From positions 26,474,001-26,538,000 of the forward strand of contig OX597814.1 in the NCBI GenBank assembly GCA_951406725.2: a DNA stretch of 64,000 bases, written 5' to 3'. Source of the DNA: Octopus vulgaris (lineage: Eukaryota). Positions 24,993 to 39,397 of this stretch are shown one piece after another. The notes under the pieces were generated by a model, which made no database searches, was not told the origin of the DNA, and saw only the letters and a list, made by a program, of their open reading frames with translations. The translations under genes were made by a program, and so were the position numbers. Every line of letters begins with the position of its first letter. Within the stretch, counting starts at the first letter, position 1.

Positions 24993-26688
24993 TTCAGTGG
25001 GTGGGATTGCTTCAACCTAATCATCTTACAGCTATTTTAGGTGCAATATTAACAGAACAACTACATGTAATTAAAGCAGATTTTAGGGCACCAAGGTAAA
25101 GAAAATGCTAATAATGAATTTCTTTACAGTATTTAGTTCTTTTCCTATATATTCTGAAGTTGAATTTTGCACTGATTGAATTTGCCAATAAAATAAGTAC
25201 CAGTAAAAATTGGTCATGCACTGAGTTAAAGGAAATCAATGTTTCTAAATAGATTGTAATAGGCTTTAACAGCATGATGACACCAATAGTGATATTAGAA
25301 ATAATTTGTTTGATGTTATTGCCAGTTAAGAAACAGTTAATAATAATAGTAATACTAATAAACTATCATGCTGATTTCCAGACAATGACAACAACATTGT
25401 GAATCAGTTTCAATAATTGACATTAAAATAGATTTGTTTGGGTTTATCAATAATAATATCACAATTTGTTTTTATAATGTTATATTTGTTGGTTCCATCA
25501 TTTAGATAAACTCAGAACAACATAATTTTTGGCTAAATAACAATAGAATAATGTCATTGAAGTTTAGTTTCATACGGAATTTCATACTTTATCACATTAA
25601 AGAAAAAAATTAAAAGAATCATTGTTTTCAAATTATTTATCAGATTTTAGATTTTATTTTTTCTTCCTGGAAATATTTGGAGATGTTCTCTCTGAATGGT
25701 GACTCTTTCAAGTATGCTTGGTGTAAGTTTGATGCTAGTTTTTACAGATGGAAATTTAGCATACAGTTTTAAAGGATTCACTAATAAGGATGTCTGAATG
25801 CCTCAATAGGTGGTATGCCTAAGGAATCATTCCTTTTGAGCTACCATTTTTTTTGACTATGGAAAATATTTTCTTCCCTTCACTTATAAAATTAGCTCAT
25901 TTTTCATGGATGTTTACATGCATGCTGCATAAACCTCAAACGAAACATTATTTCAGGACTTGTTTTATTTTCCTTTTCTTTTCTACTTATATATTTGTTG
26001 TTTTTGCCATTGATGTTATTATTGTTGTTGATCTGATTGTTGTTGTTGCTGCTGCTGCTGCTGCTGCCAGAAAGAGACAATCTAGACTCTTATCACTATA
26101 ATTTTTGGAATGAGAAAAATTCACAAATTGTTTAGTTTAGATAACAGAAGTCAGAAGAGGGTTCATCTGCAGAGAATATTATTATTATCATTATTTTCGT
26201 CATCATTAGAACATCTGCTCTATCAATAATTTCAAAAACATTCATCTGCAGCTATTTTGATGTTTTCTTAAATCAATGTTGTTTTGCTTTTGTTTTTGGC
26301 TTCCTTTTCACACTTTTAATGACAATTCAATAGCTGATCTACTTATATATCATGATCATTACCATTGTTTTAATGTCTAATTTTCCATGCTTGCATGGGT
26401 TAAATAGGATTCTTTGATGCAATTTTTCTACAGCCTGATGTTCTTCCTGTTACTAACACTTACCTTTTTTTAAGCAAAGTAATATTTTCCCTAATCTGGA
26501 TAGGTTTTCACTAGAGATTTCAAACAAGCAGCACCACTTGAATGATGCCGATGTTTGTTCACAATTAATACATAACATCAAGATAAAATTACACACACAT
26601 GCACACACACAGATATATATATATATATATATATATGAAAATATACATACATAATATATAGAAACAGATATGTAAAGCACACACATTA

Positions 26689-26726
<38 letters not shown>

Positions 26727-26729
26727 CAA

Positions 26730-27590
26730 CATCATCATCATCATCATCATCATCATTTAACCTCTATGTTACATGTTGGCATGGGCTGGATGGTTTGACA
26801 GGATTCAGTGTGACCAAGGACTGCATCATGCTTCAATGTCAGCTCTAGCAGAGTTTCTATGGCTAGTTGCTCTTCCTAACATCAACCACTTTACAGAATG
26901 TACTGAAGTTTTTTTTGTTTTTTTTGCACCCCTTCACTATTGAGGTTATTGAGGATAGTGCAGGGGGCCTGAAAAGCACCAAGTTCACATTGTATATATA
27001 TGTATGTATGTATGTGTGTGTGTATGTGTGCAAGTATATATGTATATCATCATCACCATTTAACATCCATTGTCTATGTGAACCATGGGCAAGACAGTTT
27101 GACCAGTGCTAGTAAGCTGGGAGGCTGCACCAGACTCCAGTCTAATTTGGCATGGTTTCTATGGCTGGATGCCCTTTCTAATGCCAACTACTCTGAGAGT
27201 GTAATGGGTGCTTTTACGTGCCACCAGCACAGGTGCCATTTGTGTGACACTGATATCTACCACAATTGGGATTTTGCTCGGTTTGATGAGTCTTCTTCTC
27301 AAGTACAGTATAATGTCAAAGTTCTCAGTCATTGCCCCCACGAGACCTAACACTCGAAAGGGGTTCAGCCACCTTGCCTCCATGAAGCCCAATGCTTAAA
27401 AGGTGCTTTTTACGTGCCACTAGCATGGGTACCAGTTACATGACACCAACATTGGCCATGACTACGATTTCACTTGGCTTGACAGGTCTTCTCAAGCACA
27501 GTATATTGCCAATGGTCTCGGTCACTAGTCATTGCCTCTGTGAGACCCAAAGTTTGAAGATCATGCTTTACCACCTCATCCCACATCTTC
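26730..27590 (-). mobile_element. Two V-domain SINE copies with (GAT)n tails
   Basis: Copies at ~26730-26930 and ~27045-27590: (CAT)n-TTTAAC..CATGGG..GTTTCTATGGCTGGATGCCCTTTCTAATGCCAAC..GGGTGCTTTTACGTGCCAC. Confidence 0.8.
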
Positions 27591-27624
27591 CTATGCACAT
27601 GCATACATATATTTATTTATTTAT

Positions 27625-27766
27625 TTCTGCCTACCAAATTACCTAATTCAATCACATGGTTTTGGTCAGACAAAAGATATATAGTTGAAGGGACACATCC
27701 AAGGTGCTGTGCATTAGGGCTGAACCTGAAATTATGTGTTTGTGAAGTAGACTTGTTAACCACATA

Positions 27767-27770
<4 letters not shown>
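27625..27770 (-). mobile_element. OR-like SINE fragment
   Basis: Minus strand: TGGCTATGTGGTTAACAAG..CAGGTTCAGCCC..GCACCTTGG..GACCAAAACCATGTGA..TTTGGTAGGCAGAAA. Confidence 0.7.
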
Positions 27771-27809
<39 letters not shown>

Positions 27810-28593
27810 TTACTTGTGTGTGTGTGTGTGCATGCCTGAATTCAATCATACATACATACATACACACACATGCATGGCCTATCTGTACATATAGAAAGTG
27901 AGAGAAAATTTCTCTTTGGTCTACCATCACTCTGCAGATATCTAGCTTAAAGCATACCTTGAGCTTTTTATGATTCTTTATTTTAATCAGTTCTTCAGCT
28001 ACTTTTAATTTCCATGCAACATCATAGCTTCCACTAGATTTAACACAATACAGTGTGCAATGCCTCTTACTTTTAATGTCAAGTACAGTTACAATATACA
28101 CTTCACACCTAATTTCCCAGTGAAGTGAGCATCTGCATGATCACTCACACTGCTATTCCTAGCAGTGTGATTTGGGAAATCACACAGTATTGTAAAAATG
28201 GTAAGTACAGGAGACATTTGATATAAAGGAGCTCAAGTTGCCTGAGATAAAATAGAAAGATCAAGGCTAGAATGTCTTTGAAGGCTGGAATATCTTTATA
28301 ACTTTGGCACTATCAGGGTTGACCTGGGTTTAAACAACAGCAACAGTGGAAATCTAGGAATGCTTTTTCACTAGTCACTTTGTTGTGACTGAAGAATTTT
28401 TCTCAATTTAATTTGTGAAATAATAACTATGATAAGTACATTAATATAACTGTTAATTACCTACAAAATGTGTAGAGGTCTCAAATTTACTTATATGCAA
28501 TTTCATACTGACATACATAAATACACACATGGGCACATAATGCAAGCAGCATATATGCAATGGTAGCATTATAGTATGGCAGCTTACAGGTGG

Positions 28594-28640
<47 letters not shown>

Positions 28641-29114
28641 GGGTATTATTAATTCCAAAGAGAAAGGGCAATGCCAGCTGTGCTTTTAAGCCCATTCTGA
28701 TTAGGGAGGTAAAAATAATTGGTAGTATATAGTCATTAGTAGCATTAGGATAAAATAGTGGCTTTAAAAGGTGACAGTACAAAATCACTTAGGATGATGG
28801 GGAAAGCAATCTTTTCTCTAGGAAAAAACTTAAAAATCTAAAAAGCATTTGAAAACAATTATATTTTTTTGAACATGATGAACTATAAATGCCACTTGAA
28901 ACTTCAATGACGTTATTTTCTTGTAATTTAGCCAAGTAGGAGTACAAGAGAATGAGAAATATCATATCTCATTTACACTGACCCTCAACTTTATATACAC
29001 AAGTAATTTACACTCTGGCAACCTTATCTACATCAATATCATACACACCATTTCATACATATCAGTACTTTATACTATACTTCATCTGCACCTACACTAC
29101 ATCATTATCTACAT

Positions 29115-29383
29115 CAGTGGTCATCAACTATGGTCCATCTGGCTCTTTGGGGTCCATATAAGATTTTGTTGTTAAAATTTATGTGCAATAAATTGGTTAT
29201 ACTTCTACAATACACAAAATATTTTAACAACATTTTTTATACAATTCCTAATAATATTTAATTATAAAGCTATAATAAGAATTTTTTTTAATGTTTTTTT
29301 AATGTTGTATGGCCATTAGGTTCCCTCTGAGTAAAATAGAAATCAAAAGGGGTCCATGGTCAAAAAATAGTTGAGAATCACTG
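29115..29383. mobile_element. hAT MITE
   Basis: TIRs CAGTGGTCATCAACTA / TAGTTGAGAATCACTG with subterminal GGGGTCCAT. Exact TSD ATCTACAT at 29107-29114 and 29384-29391. Confidence 0.9.
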
Positions 29384-29409
29384 ATCTACATGAACATCAA
29401 ATCTTCTAA

Positions 29410-29708
29410 CAGGCATGTCTGTGAGGTAGGAAGCTTGCTTCCCAATCATATGGTGTTGGATTCAGACTCACTGTGTGACACCTTGCACAAGTTTCTTCTA
29501 CTATAGGCCAGGCCAATCAAAACCTTGTGTGTAGATTTGGCAGACAGTCCGTCATGTGTGTGTGTGTGTGCACATGTGTCTGTGTCAGTGTTTGTCTCCC
29601 ACTACCACTTGATAAACAGTATTGGTGTGTTTATGTCCCTGTAACTTAACAATTCAGCAAAAAGGGCCAATAGAATAAGTACAAGGCTGAAACAAGTAAA
29701 CGGTAAAA
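29410..29708 (+). mobile_element. OR-like SINE, near full length
   Basis: CAGGCATGTCTGTGAGGTAGGAAGCTTGCTTCCCAATC..GACACCTTGCACAAGTTTCTTCTACTATAG..GTCCCTGTAACTTAAC..GAAACAAGTAAA. Confidence 0.85.
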
Positions 29709-30581
29709 GGCATTCCACTTTATACTAACCCCCAACTTCACTTCATTTATTCCAACACTCCATCTACCATCAACACTCTGCTCTCTATTTTCTCTACATA
29801 AATAGTCTGCACTCCACTTCATCTACACTATGATTCCACTTTAGCTACAGCAACACTCTACTCTCCAGTTCATCTTCACCAGCAAAACTCTCCACAACAT
29901 CTGCACCAACATTACATTTTATCTACACTAGTACTCTATACTCCACAGAAACTACACCCAAACTGTTCTAAGCCTCTCTTCATCTACTTCAACATTCCCT
30001 GTGGATATTTTCTGATTTATATTCATAACACAGCTCTCTCACTAAACCAAAACTACCAACACCATCACCACAGCTAACATTACTATTACTACTACTACTA
30101 CTCTTTCTAGTATACATCCTCTTGGCACTAGCACACTACAACAGTTCCACAATTTATCTCCTCTAAGGCAACATATTACAGTAATAGTCATAAAAATGAT
30201 ATTCAAGAAAACTATCATAATGGTTGTTTTTTTAATTTTTATTCACATTTCCTGTGAAGTTTCAGAGACTTTGTAAACCATAATAAAAAAGGAGAAAAAT
30301 TTAAAAGAATATATATTTTTTTTTAGCCATTTTAAAAATATATACATTTTATAAAACACTCAGGAATATCCACTTACAGATATACATTCTTTTTACTAAC
30401 ACATATGTTCTTGCATATACATAGCTCATGTGAGTAAATGTGTGTATATGTGTGTGTGCATGCTTGCATGCTCCAAGCTACAAGTAGTTTTGGTTATATC
30501 AAGTGAACTATTAAATGATCCGTTGAAAATATAATGTGAATAATTCCAAAGACTCTTAGTGCTTTATTACTTTCTTTCACT

Positions 30582-30621
<40 letters not shown>

Positions 30622-31319
30622 TCACCTATATATATACACACATACAGACACACAAATATTCATATATATATTCATATTTATGTACATATATATATAGATA
30701 GATATATAATGTATATCTTTATAATGTGTATGTATATAGTATAATATATAACATAAATGTACTGTGTGTTTACATGTTTATATATTCATTATACACATGT
30801 ATAATTTTATATATATATTATACATACACACACGCACTCACACACACACACACACATATGAAAGAGAGAGAAAGTGATAAAATTGAGTGGCTGGAATTAT
30901 ATATTGAGAGAGATAGAGAGATGCTCAGCAAAAATATTAGTGTGCATTTGTATTTGTTTATATATAGGTATATATTTTTTATATTTTATCTACTTTTAGC
31001 AAACTAAATCATTAGACTTTCTAGTGGATACAAATGGAAAAAAATAAGGCAAGAGAATTGAAATATTGCTTGTTGCATATACATGCATATCTGCAGTATA
31101 CTTACATATATACATATATTTACAACCAACACATGCATATTCGTATCTACATAGAGACATATATACCCTATACACACATAAATCTATGGCTCTGTGAAGC
31201 TCACAATTTTTTCTTGCATTGCCCACCCCACTTTACACAGACACACACACATATTTTGTGTGTACTTATGTGAAAGAATGTATAAATCAATATAAAAATA
31301 TGCAGACAAACATATTGAG

Positions 31320-31540
31320 TGATATACATACATGCATACACACACAGACACACATATGTATGTATGTGTATATGTATGTGTGTGTATGTATATATATATA
31401 TATATATATACATACATATATATATATATACATATATATATATGTATGTATATGTATATATATATGTATATGTATATATATATGTATATGTATATATATA
31501 TGTATGTATATATATGTATATATATATGTATGTATATATG

Positions 31541-31587
<47 letters not shown>
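31320..31587. repeat. Compound (TA)n/(TATG)n microsatellite
   Basis: Direct inspection; it accounts for the I/Y-rich ORFs. Confidence 0.95.
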
Positions 31588-31590
<3 letters not shown>

Positions 31591-32327
31591 GATCCATAGA
31601 TACATAAATAAATACACCTTTGTATGACTGTGTGAGAGAGAGAGAGAAAGAGTAGATAAGTACTATTTTATCTCGCTTGGAGCTATCTTTGTAAAGCAAA
31701 GACAATTTTGGCAAAAACAGTTCTCAGAACTTTGAAGCACTAAACATTAGATATCATAAAACATCCATAGAATTTTCGTCTATGTCTGCCAAATGCACTG
31801 CTATGTTTTTAGAGCAATAATAGTATATCTTTGTTGAGGTTTTTTTAAAGCTTTCATGACTATGTATCCAATATGTAGTGTGCACACATGCTTCAATTAA
31901 TTTTCAGTACAATGAGGAATTTGGAAGGGGTTTAGTAAAGTACTACATTTCATATTTGTGCATCATGTTTGGTGTTGACCAACAGAGGTTTCACAATATC
32001 ATTCATATTATGAGACTCAGATCATGATTTTAATTCAGATATGATCATTTCATTACTGGGTTCCTCAGGTGGGTTGGATGAGTGTTAATATTTTCAGCTT
32101 GGTGGGAGATAGCAATATATATATATAGATAGACAGACAGACAGACAAAACTTACTTGGAAAAGGATGTGTGGCATTCGATCATATAATAATATAATATA
32201 TAAATATATGCATATACATACATACATATATGTACATACCTTCATATATATGTATATATACATGCATATATGGGTACAGGACATCAAAAACCGTTTATAC
32301 AACTGGATACTCTTCCTAATGCCAACT

Positions 32328-32500
32328 AATGCTTAGTGACATTTTGTCTGTCTTTACATTCTGAGTTCAAATTCTGTCAAGTCAACTTGCATGTCATCCT
32401 ATCAGGGTCAATAAAATATGTACCAGTTGAGTACTGGGGTTGAGGTAATTGACTTAGCCCCTCCCCAAAACTGTTGGCCTTGTGTCAAAATTTGAAACCA
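32328..32500 (+). mobile_element. Meta/MESC-domain SINE, 5' clipped
   Basis: AATGCTTAG..CATTCTGAGTTCAAATTC..TCATCCTATCAGGGTCAATAAAATATGTACCAGTTGAGTACTGGGGT..GGCCTTGTGTCAAAATTTGAAACC. Confidence 0.85.
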
Positions 32501-32516
32501 TCATTTACTCAATAAA

Positions 32517-33060
32517 CTTGACAGAGCAAAAAATTGGTATGACCACAAACCTGAAGGCATCATCAAAAATAGAAATGCAAGGATCCTATGGGATTTCATG
32601 ATTCAGTGCAACCATGAAGTAGAAAATAGGAAGCCAGACATAGTCTTAATTGAGAAAGAAAGTAAGCTATGCTGGATCATAGATATAGCATGCCCAGCTG
32701 ACAACAAGGAATGTGATAAGGAAGAAACAAAAAGTGGAGAGATATGACAGGTTAGCTTGGGAAGTTAAGCAGTTGTGGTCAATGAAAAAGGTAGCAGTAG
32801 TACCAATAATTATCGGAGCCCTGGAAACAGTGAGCAAAAATCTCAAGGAGTACATGGAACAAATAGGAGCTGTAATAAGGGTGGAGCACTTGCAGAAAAC
32901 AGCACTGCTTGGAACTGCTAGAATACTCCGGAAGGTGCTCGAAAAATAAGAGGTGTTACTTAGTTCACTGGGAGTGAACAACTGACACTGTAGAACATCT
33001 CCAGCATTATAAGCTATGCAAAGGCAATGATAATAACAATAATAATGATGATGATGATTT
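32517..33060 (+). mobile_element. 5'-truncated R4/Dong-clade non-LTR retrotransposon: restriction-like endonuclease C-terminus, 3' UTR and (AAT)n tail
   Basis: 32517-32949 translates with one frameshift near 32727 to LDRAKNWYDHKPEGII..ILWDFMIQCNHEVENRKPDIVLIEKESKLCWIIDIACPAD../KVERYDRLAWEVKQLWSMKKVAVVPIIIGAL..LQKTALLGTARILRKVL*. This contains the PD..D restriction-like endonuclease motif. Confidence 0.9.
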
Positions 33061-33840
33061 CAAATTTTGGCACAAGGTCAGCAATTTTTAGCTAGGGGTG
33101 AGTTGATCACATGAACCCCAGTATTCAATTGATACTTATTTTATTGACTCCAAAACGGATGAAAGACAAAGTCAACCTCAGCAGAATTTGAAATAATAAT
33201 GATAATAATTTCTCTTATTAGCCACAGGGACGTTGATGAAGGAAGGAAATCACAAGAACAGTCAACAATTTGTGTAGGGGTTTACATAAAAGATGAGGGA
33301 AAGAAATGGAAAAGTCAATGAAATGTTTTAAAAGTATGCATAGTATACAAAGTATGTGATAATATGAGTGATGCAATCCTTCTGATACAGGATAAACACA
33401 CTTACTAAAAGCAAGAGCCCTCTCCCAACTATCGTTATCTTCAAATTTACAGGTGCATGCTTAGAGTTGAGCCATTCCCCCTAACTATTTTTGCTACAGC
33501 CACCCATTTTTTCACAAGTTCAACGGAAGATAGCATTTCCCTCCCCACCCTCACTTTCCAAGTGGAGCAATGATGATAATAATCCTTTCTACTAAAGGCA
33601 CAGGGCCCAACATTTTTGGGGAGAGGGCTTTTCGATGAAATCAACCCCAGTGCTTACTAGTACTTAATTTATCAACCCTAAAAGAATGAAAGGCAAAGTT
33701 GACCATGACAGAATTGGAACTCAGAACATAAAGAGGAATGAAATGCCACTAAACAGTTTGTGCAGTGTGCTAATGATTCTACCAGCTTGCCACCTCAACA
33801 ACAGCAACAGCAACAACAACAACAACAGCAACAGCAATAG

Positions 33841-33871
<31 letters not shown>

Positions 33872-34332
33872 AATAATAATAATAATAATAATCCTTTCTA
33901 CTATAGGCACAAAGTCTGAAACTTTGGGAAGGGACTAGTCAATTACATTGATCCCAGTGTGCAACTGGTATTTATTTCATCAACTCCAAAAGGATGAAAG
34001 GCAAAGTCGACCTCAGCAAAATTTGAACTGAGAACATAAAGACAGACGAAATACCACTAAGCATTTCACCCAGCATGCTAACAATTCTGCTAGCTCACTG
34101 CCTTAACAATAATAATAGCAACAATGATAATTTTCAAACTTTGGTACAAGGCCAGCAATTTCAGGGGAGGGTGTAAGTCAGTTACATTGATACCAGTGTC
34201 CAGCTTGTACATATTTTATCGACCCTAATAGGATGAGAGGTAAAGTCAACCTTGGTGGAATTCGAACTCAGAATGTAAAGACAGACAAGATGCTGTTAAA
34301 CATTTTGTCCAGTGTGCTAATGATTCTGCCAG
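33058..34332 (-). mobile_element. Cluster of four Meta/MESC-domain SINEs embedded in (AAT)/(AAC)/(GAT) tracts
   Basis: Copies at ~33058-33192 (truncated), 33580-33795, 33890-34103 and 34131-34332, e.g. GGATGAAAGGCAAAGTCGACCTCAGCAAAATTTGAACT. Confidence 0.88.
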
Positions 34333-35889
34333 AACAACAATAATAATAGTAAAAATAATAATGATGATGATGATAATGATGATGATGATAAAGCATCAGA
34401 AAGAAACACTAGCTGCAACAGCTACAACTATAATTCTCAGGTGAATATAAAAAAGGAAATGTGATAAAATTAAGAAAGAAACAAATCTAATACCACCTGA
34501 CAATGAAGCAGATTTGATGTAGTTGTGAAAAAGATAAAAACATATGAATAAAACAAACAAATGATATCTAAATTCAGTTTTATTTTTTCTTAATTTATTA
34601 CTTTTTATATTTTATTTCTTTTAGTTGAAAAAAAATTCCAACTGGCTTGAAATAATCAATATTTCTTTCCGCTCTTTTATAAACTTCCTATAAAAGATTT
34701 GCTATATTATAGTATGTTTCCTTATATACATATATATATATATATATTTACTCTTTGTTTTTATCTTCTAATTTTTTTATTACATTATTATTAGTATTAT
34801 TATCATTATTTATAATATTTTTATCTGAGAAAAAAATTGTAAAAGAAAAATTGGCAACAGAGATTTCTTGTAAAACAAACTTTTTTTGTTATAGATTTCA
34901 AGAATCAGACATGAAATATTGCAAGTTATATCAGAATCATTGCAAACCATATCAGTGGCTAGCTAGTCAATACTTGGTTTAAAGTAGTAATAGATTCTAT
35001 AAAAACTACAAAAATTTACTTTTTATTTTTTCATTTTTATTGCCTTTTCTTATATTTTCAAATTGATTTATATCCATTTTCCAATGTTAACATCTACTGG
35101 TTGGGTAACTTTTCAAAATCTTTGAATTTGCATGTTATTGGGACAATTCCGTTTATTGTTGTTGTTATTTAGCACCTGGATTTTTTGGATCGTAGGTTTC
35201 CTAATTGAAGAATTCTATGATCAAAGGTATTCCAGCTATCATTGTATCATTCTTTACTCAAGTTTGAACAAAGTTTGAAAGAAATGTGGTTTTATTTCTA
35301 GCAAGCTGAGAAGTTATGTAGAGGCACTCTAACTTTTTTATCTTGACTCGTCTATTCACTGCTCAGGTAAAATAATTGTGGAATTTGTTTAATAATGAGG
35401 TTTGTTTTATAGTCACACATACATGTGTAACTACAAACCTTATTCAGAAAAGCATTGCAATGGCTGCATATGAAAAGTTTTGCAGCACATGCCAATGTAA
35501 GGTCGATAATTTGACAGTAATGGAATATCTGCAGTATATTTGAATTCCAACCCTATAAGCTTTCCTCTTATTTTGAAAACATTAGCTTTAATTTATATTT
35601 CAAATACATTTAAGAAAGTTTAATGTGTTTTCAAAGATATAAATTCTTTATTGTATTTTTTAGGCTATATTGGTGTGCCTATGCATTTTGCATTTGGCAA
35701 TATAAGATGATTGGAACATTGATTTTCTTGGACATTGTATTAATGATCTGGTGTGCTGCTGATACACATTCATATTCCTTAGTTTGGTTTAGATATATAA
35801 TCATCCCAGAGCATAGTATGTGTGTGTGCATGTATATGTAAATATATATGTGTGTGTATATTTAAAAAGTAATAAACATGTATATATAT

Positions 35890-35951
<62 letters not shown>

Positions 35952-36002
35952 GGAGACTGGACATTAAATGATGGTAATGATAAATATATGTACATATGTC
36001 TG

Positions 36003-36285
36003 GGGGTGTGGGTTAGGATCTTGTACTAATGATTATAAGATCATGGTTTCAGTTCCTAGGCCAGGTGATGCGTTGTTGTCTTGAGCAAAACATTTAATCT
36101 CACATTGCTCTGCAATCACTTCAACACCTGACATGTGGTACACCATGCACCTGTTCAGACAACGTCGGTTTGATAGAGAGTGAGCTAATATACAGCACAA
36201 GCATTTGATCACTATAAACAAATCATTTGTGCAAGTTGTTCAGCAAAAAGATGAATGCTCATACGAGATCTTCAACGGGGGAGTC
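36003..36285 (+). mobile_element. tRNA-derived SINE related in its 5' half to 20903-21215
   Basis: GGTGTGGGTTAGG..CATGGTTTCAGTTCCTAGGCCAG..GTCTTGAGCAAAACATTTAATCTCACATTGCTC. Confidence 0.7.
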
Positions 36286-36329
36286 AGTTATTATGTACAT
36301 GTGTGTGTGTTTATTTCTGTATGTAAATG

Positions 36330-36367
<38 letters not shown>

Positions 36368-39074
36368 TTTTTATATATGTATGCATGTATGTATTTGCTT
36401 TTTGACTTTATTATGTTAGAAAGATATATTTGATAACATAATAATCTGAAATACTGATTTCTTAAATAAGCACAAAGCCTCAATTTTGAAAAGTAGAAGA
36501 ATGAGATAATGGGATGTTAATGCCTTTTCTCAATTGTGTCAGCAGGGTTATTAAGCAAAGTAAATTGGCTTTTACAGAGAATAAAAACCTACCAACATAT
36601 TCAGCTCACCAAGAGCTTATCTCTACAGTGCTTGCCAGCCATTATCTTAGGTATTTGATATTCTGAAATACTATCATGTAATCTGATAATGTGAAATATT
36701 TCTATATAATCTTTTGAAGAAAAATATTTCTGCACAATTTGATAATCTGACATTATTTCTAAATAATTTAATAATCTTGAAATTGTTGAACATAATCTAA
36801 TAATGTCAAATATGCCTACATGATGTTGTTATCTGAAATGACCCTCTATGGTAAGCAGGATTTTAGAAGTCTGTAACAGTATGTGTTCTTGTTTTGACAC
36901 ACATCAAAGCTTATCATTGCTTCAAACCAGTCAATGAATGTTGTTGAAAATATTTTTTTTATGAAATCATATTTTTACTAAGTGAAATTATATTGTTAAT
37001 TTTATAGAAAATTACAAAGTGCAAATATGTTTTATATCGTTACTCAATCTTTCTTGAACTATTTCAATATTTATCAACAATTGTCAACCATGTTATGACA
37101 TTGCAGTAAATAATCTATAATAAGCTACTATTTTGTTTGAATGTTTAATATATAGTTGTAATATTAAGGGGGAAAATATTTTTCTAAAAGCAAAATAGCA
37201 GTTTCAGATCAAAAGTATCAGAGTAAAATGTAAAATGCTATTGCATATCAGAAAGTGGGAGTAACAGGAGACTAGGAAAGTGACAACAAGGAGAGTAATG
37301 AATGAAATGGAAACAGCAGAGAAAGAAAACAAAAAAAAGAGAGCAAGAAAGAAAGGGTGAGACCTCAGAGAAAGATTGAGTAAATAAGTAAATTCCATGT
37401 GTGTCAAACAAAATATTAGTGTATGGTTAAAACAACACAGTATAATGACAAACAGACTAACATAATGTGTTTTGAAATGTCAAGGTTTTAGTGACATGTG
37501 ACAATTTATGCTTGAAATCAATGCATCATTTCAAATATTAATGTTTGGTACAATCTGGAAATTGCTTTAGTCTCTCTCTCTCACACACACTTAAAGCTTT
37601 CTATATTACAGATTTACATAAATGAGTAGAAAATAAAAGTTAGGGCTCTGAATTAGGATAAAAGCATTGACCCTCACAGGGTAAAAATGCTAAAATCACT
37701 ATGATATATATTCTTTAATGAGGACTAAGGGCAAAGGAAGTCAGTCCCTAAAGAGTAATAGTTTGCTGGTTTAACAAAAAATATTACATATATTTGCATT
37801 AAGGCAAAATTTACTGTCATTGAATATCAATGTATCAAATTCGAACCCAACAAAATGGCTAGCATATAAACAAAATCAAGACTTTTGCTTTTAGAAGTAA
37901 ATACTATTTTTGCTCTTTTTTTTAGAAAATTGGAAATTTATTATTAGAAATTTACTCAAAACTTGAAGAAAAAATCAAAAAATTTAAAATTTCAAAAATC
38001 GCTCATTCAGCATTTTTTATTGAACAATCAATTGCAAAGTGTTTTGACTTTTCTTAAAAAGGTAAAACTTTTCCAAAACTGTTCTTCAAACAAGTATCAA
38101 TTAAAAATAACAATTAAGTAGACTTAAAATTCAGAAGTCATTTATTTATTGAAGTGTTTGCATGATTCTGTTAAATGAAATATATGATTTCATCCTACAT
38201 TTGTTTGTGAGTTAATGACACAATTATTCATCATCTAACAGTTGACACAACAAACTACAAAAGTAAACAGTAGCTGTGAAACATTTTGATTAGCATAACT
38301 GTGTCTCTGTAATAAATGATAACAAAAAGACAGAGAAAAAAAGCAGAATAGAACCCATAGAATGATGGTTTATTGCTATACAATAACAAAAACTTTCCAA
38401 TTTGTGCTAATAGCTGCTTTACATTAGCCAATATTCTTCAGAAAACGACCAATTAATGTTTCCCCACATATTTTGGACAAATAAAAGGAAAGAACTGTAA
38501 AGAGCAGAAGTGAATACACTGTCAAATTTATGTCTCAATAATGTTTTATTTAAGGCAATAAAAAAAAGGTAAATTTCCATAAACAATAATGAGAATACTT
38601 GCTCCACCCATTCAAAAAACTTTAGAAGGTAAAATAAAAGATAAATAGCATTTCAGAGACAAAGACTTGACAGTAAAGCAGCAGACCCATAAATTATTGA
38701 ACAATAGTAGAACAGAGCAAAAATGAAACCGTGCCTTAATAATCATTCCATCTCTTTTGTTTCATACTCACATTCATAAATCTACTTTCTTTTTACATTT
38801 TATTCCCTTATATATATAAGAATGTGTGGGTGTGCGTACAAGCGTGCAAGTATTCAGAATAAGATAAAATTCAATAAAATCTATAAACTGAAAGTACAAT
38901 GTTAGCATATGTTTGTTGGAATATGTTGCTATATATTCAAATGTTATAACTGGTTTACACAGGGAAATTTGCAAGAAGTCTAAATGTGATATAAGAGTTT
39001 TATAATCAAAGTAAATAAAACATTAAAGGGAAGAAATATCTAAGATTATTAGTATAATAAATAACATTTCACAG

Positions 39075-39345
39075 TTGAGATGACAAAGTGTGTGTGTCTG
39101 TAAGCATAACTGTCTCCTCATTCTGACATCACATGATAGTTGTAAATGAGTATCACCATCTTAGAGGTAACGTCATTTATTTCCAATCTTCCCTGAAAAG
39201 ATACCCAGTTACAGGGGAAATGTTATCTTGCTCAAAAATAGATGGAGGTTGGCAACAGAAGGGGCTACTGGCCATAGAAAATCTGTCACAATTAATTTCA
39301 CCTAACCCATGGAAGCATAGAAAAGCAGGCATGAAACAATGATGA
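39075..39345 (+). mobile_element. Degenerate V-domain SINE
   Basis: GGTTGGCAACAGAAGGGGCTACTGGCCATAGAAAATCTG..CCTAACCCATGGAAGCATAGAAAAGCAGGCATGAAACAATGATGATG. Confidence 0.65.
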
Positions 39346-39397
39346 TGTTGTTTTTATGCATAAGATAGATATATACATATAAGTAACAAGAGTAAGA

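Larger units (their letters stand above)
28970..29995. repeat. Degenerate C/A-rich minisatellite (unit like ACTCCACTTCATCTACACCAAC), interrupted by a MITE and a SINE
   Basis: CATCTACAC, TTATCTACA and CTTCATCT variants recur at 28970-29114 and 29710-29995. Confidence 0.6.
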
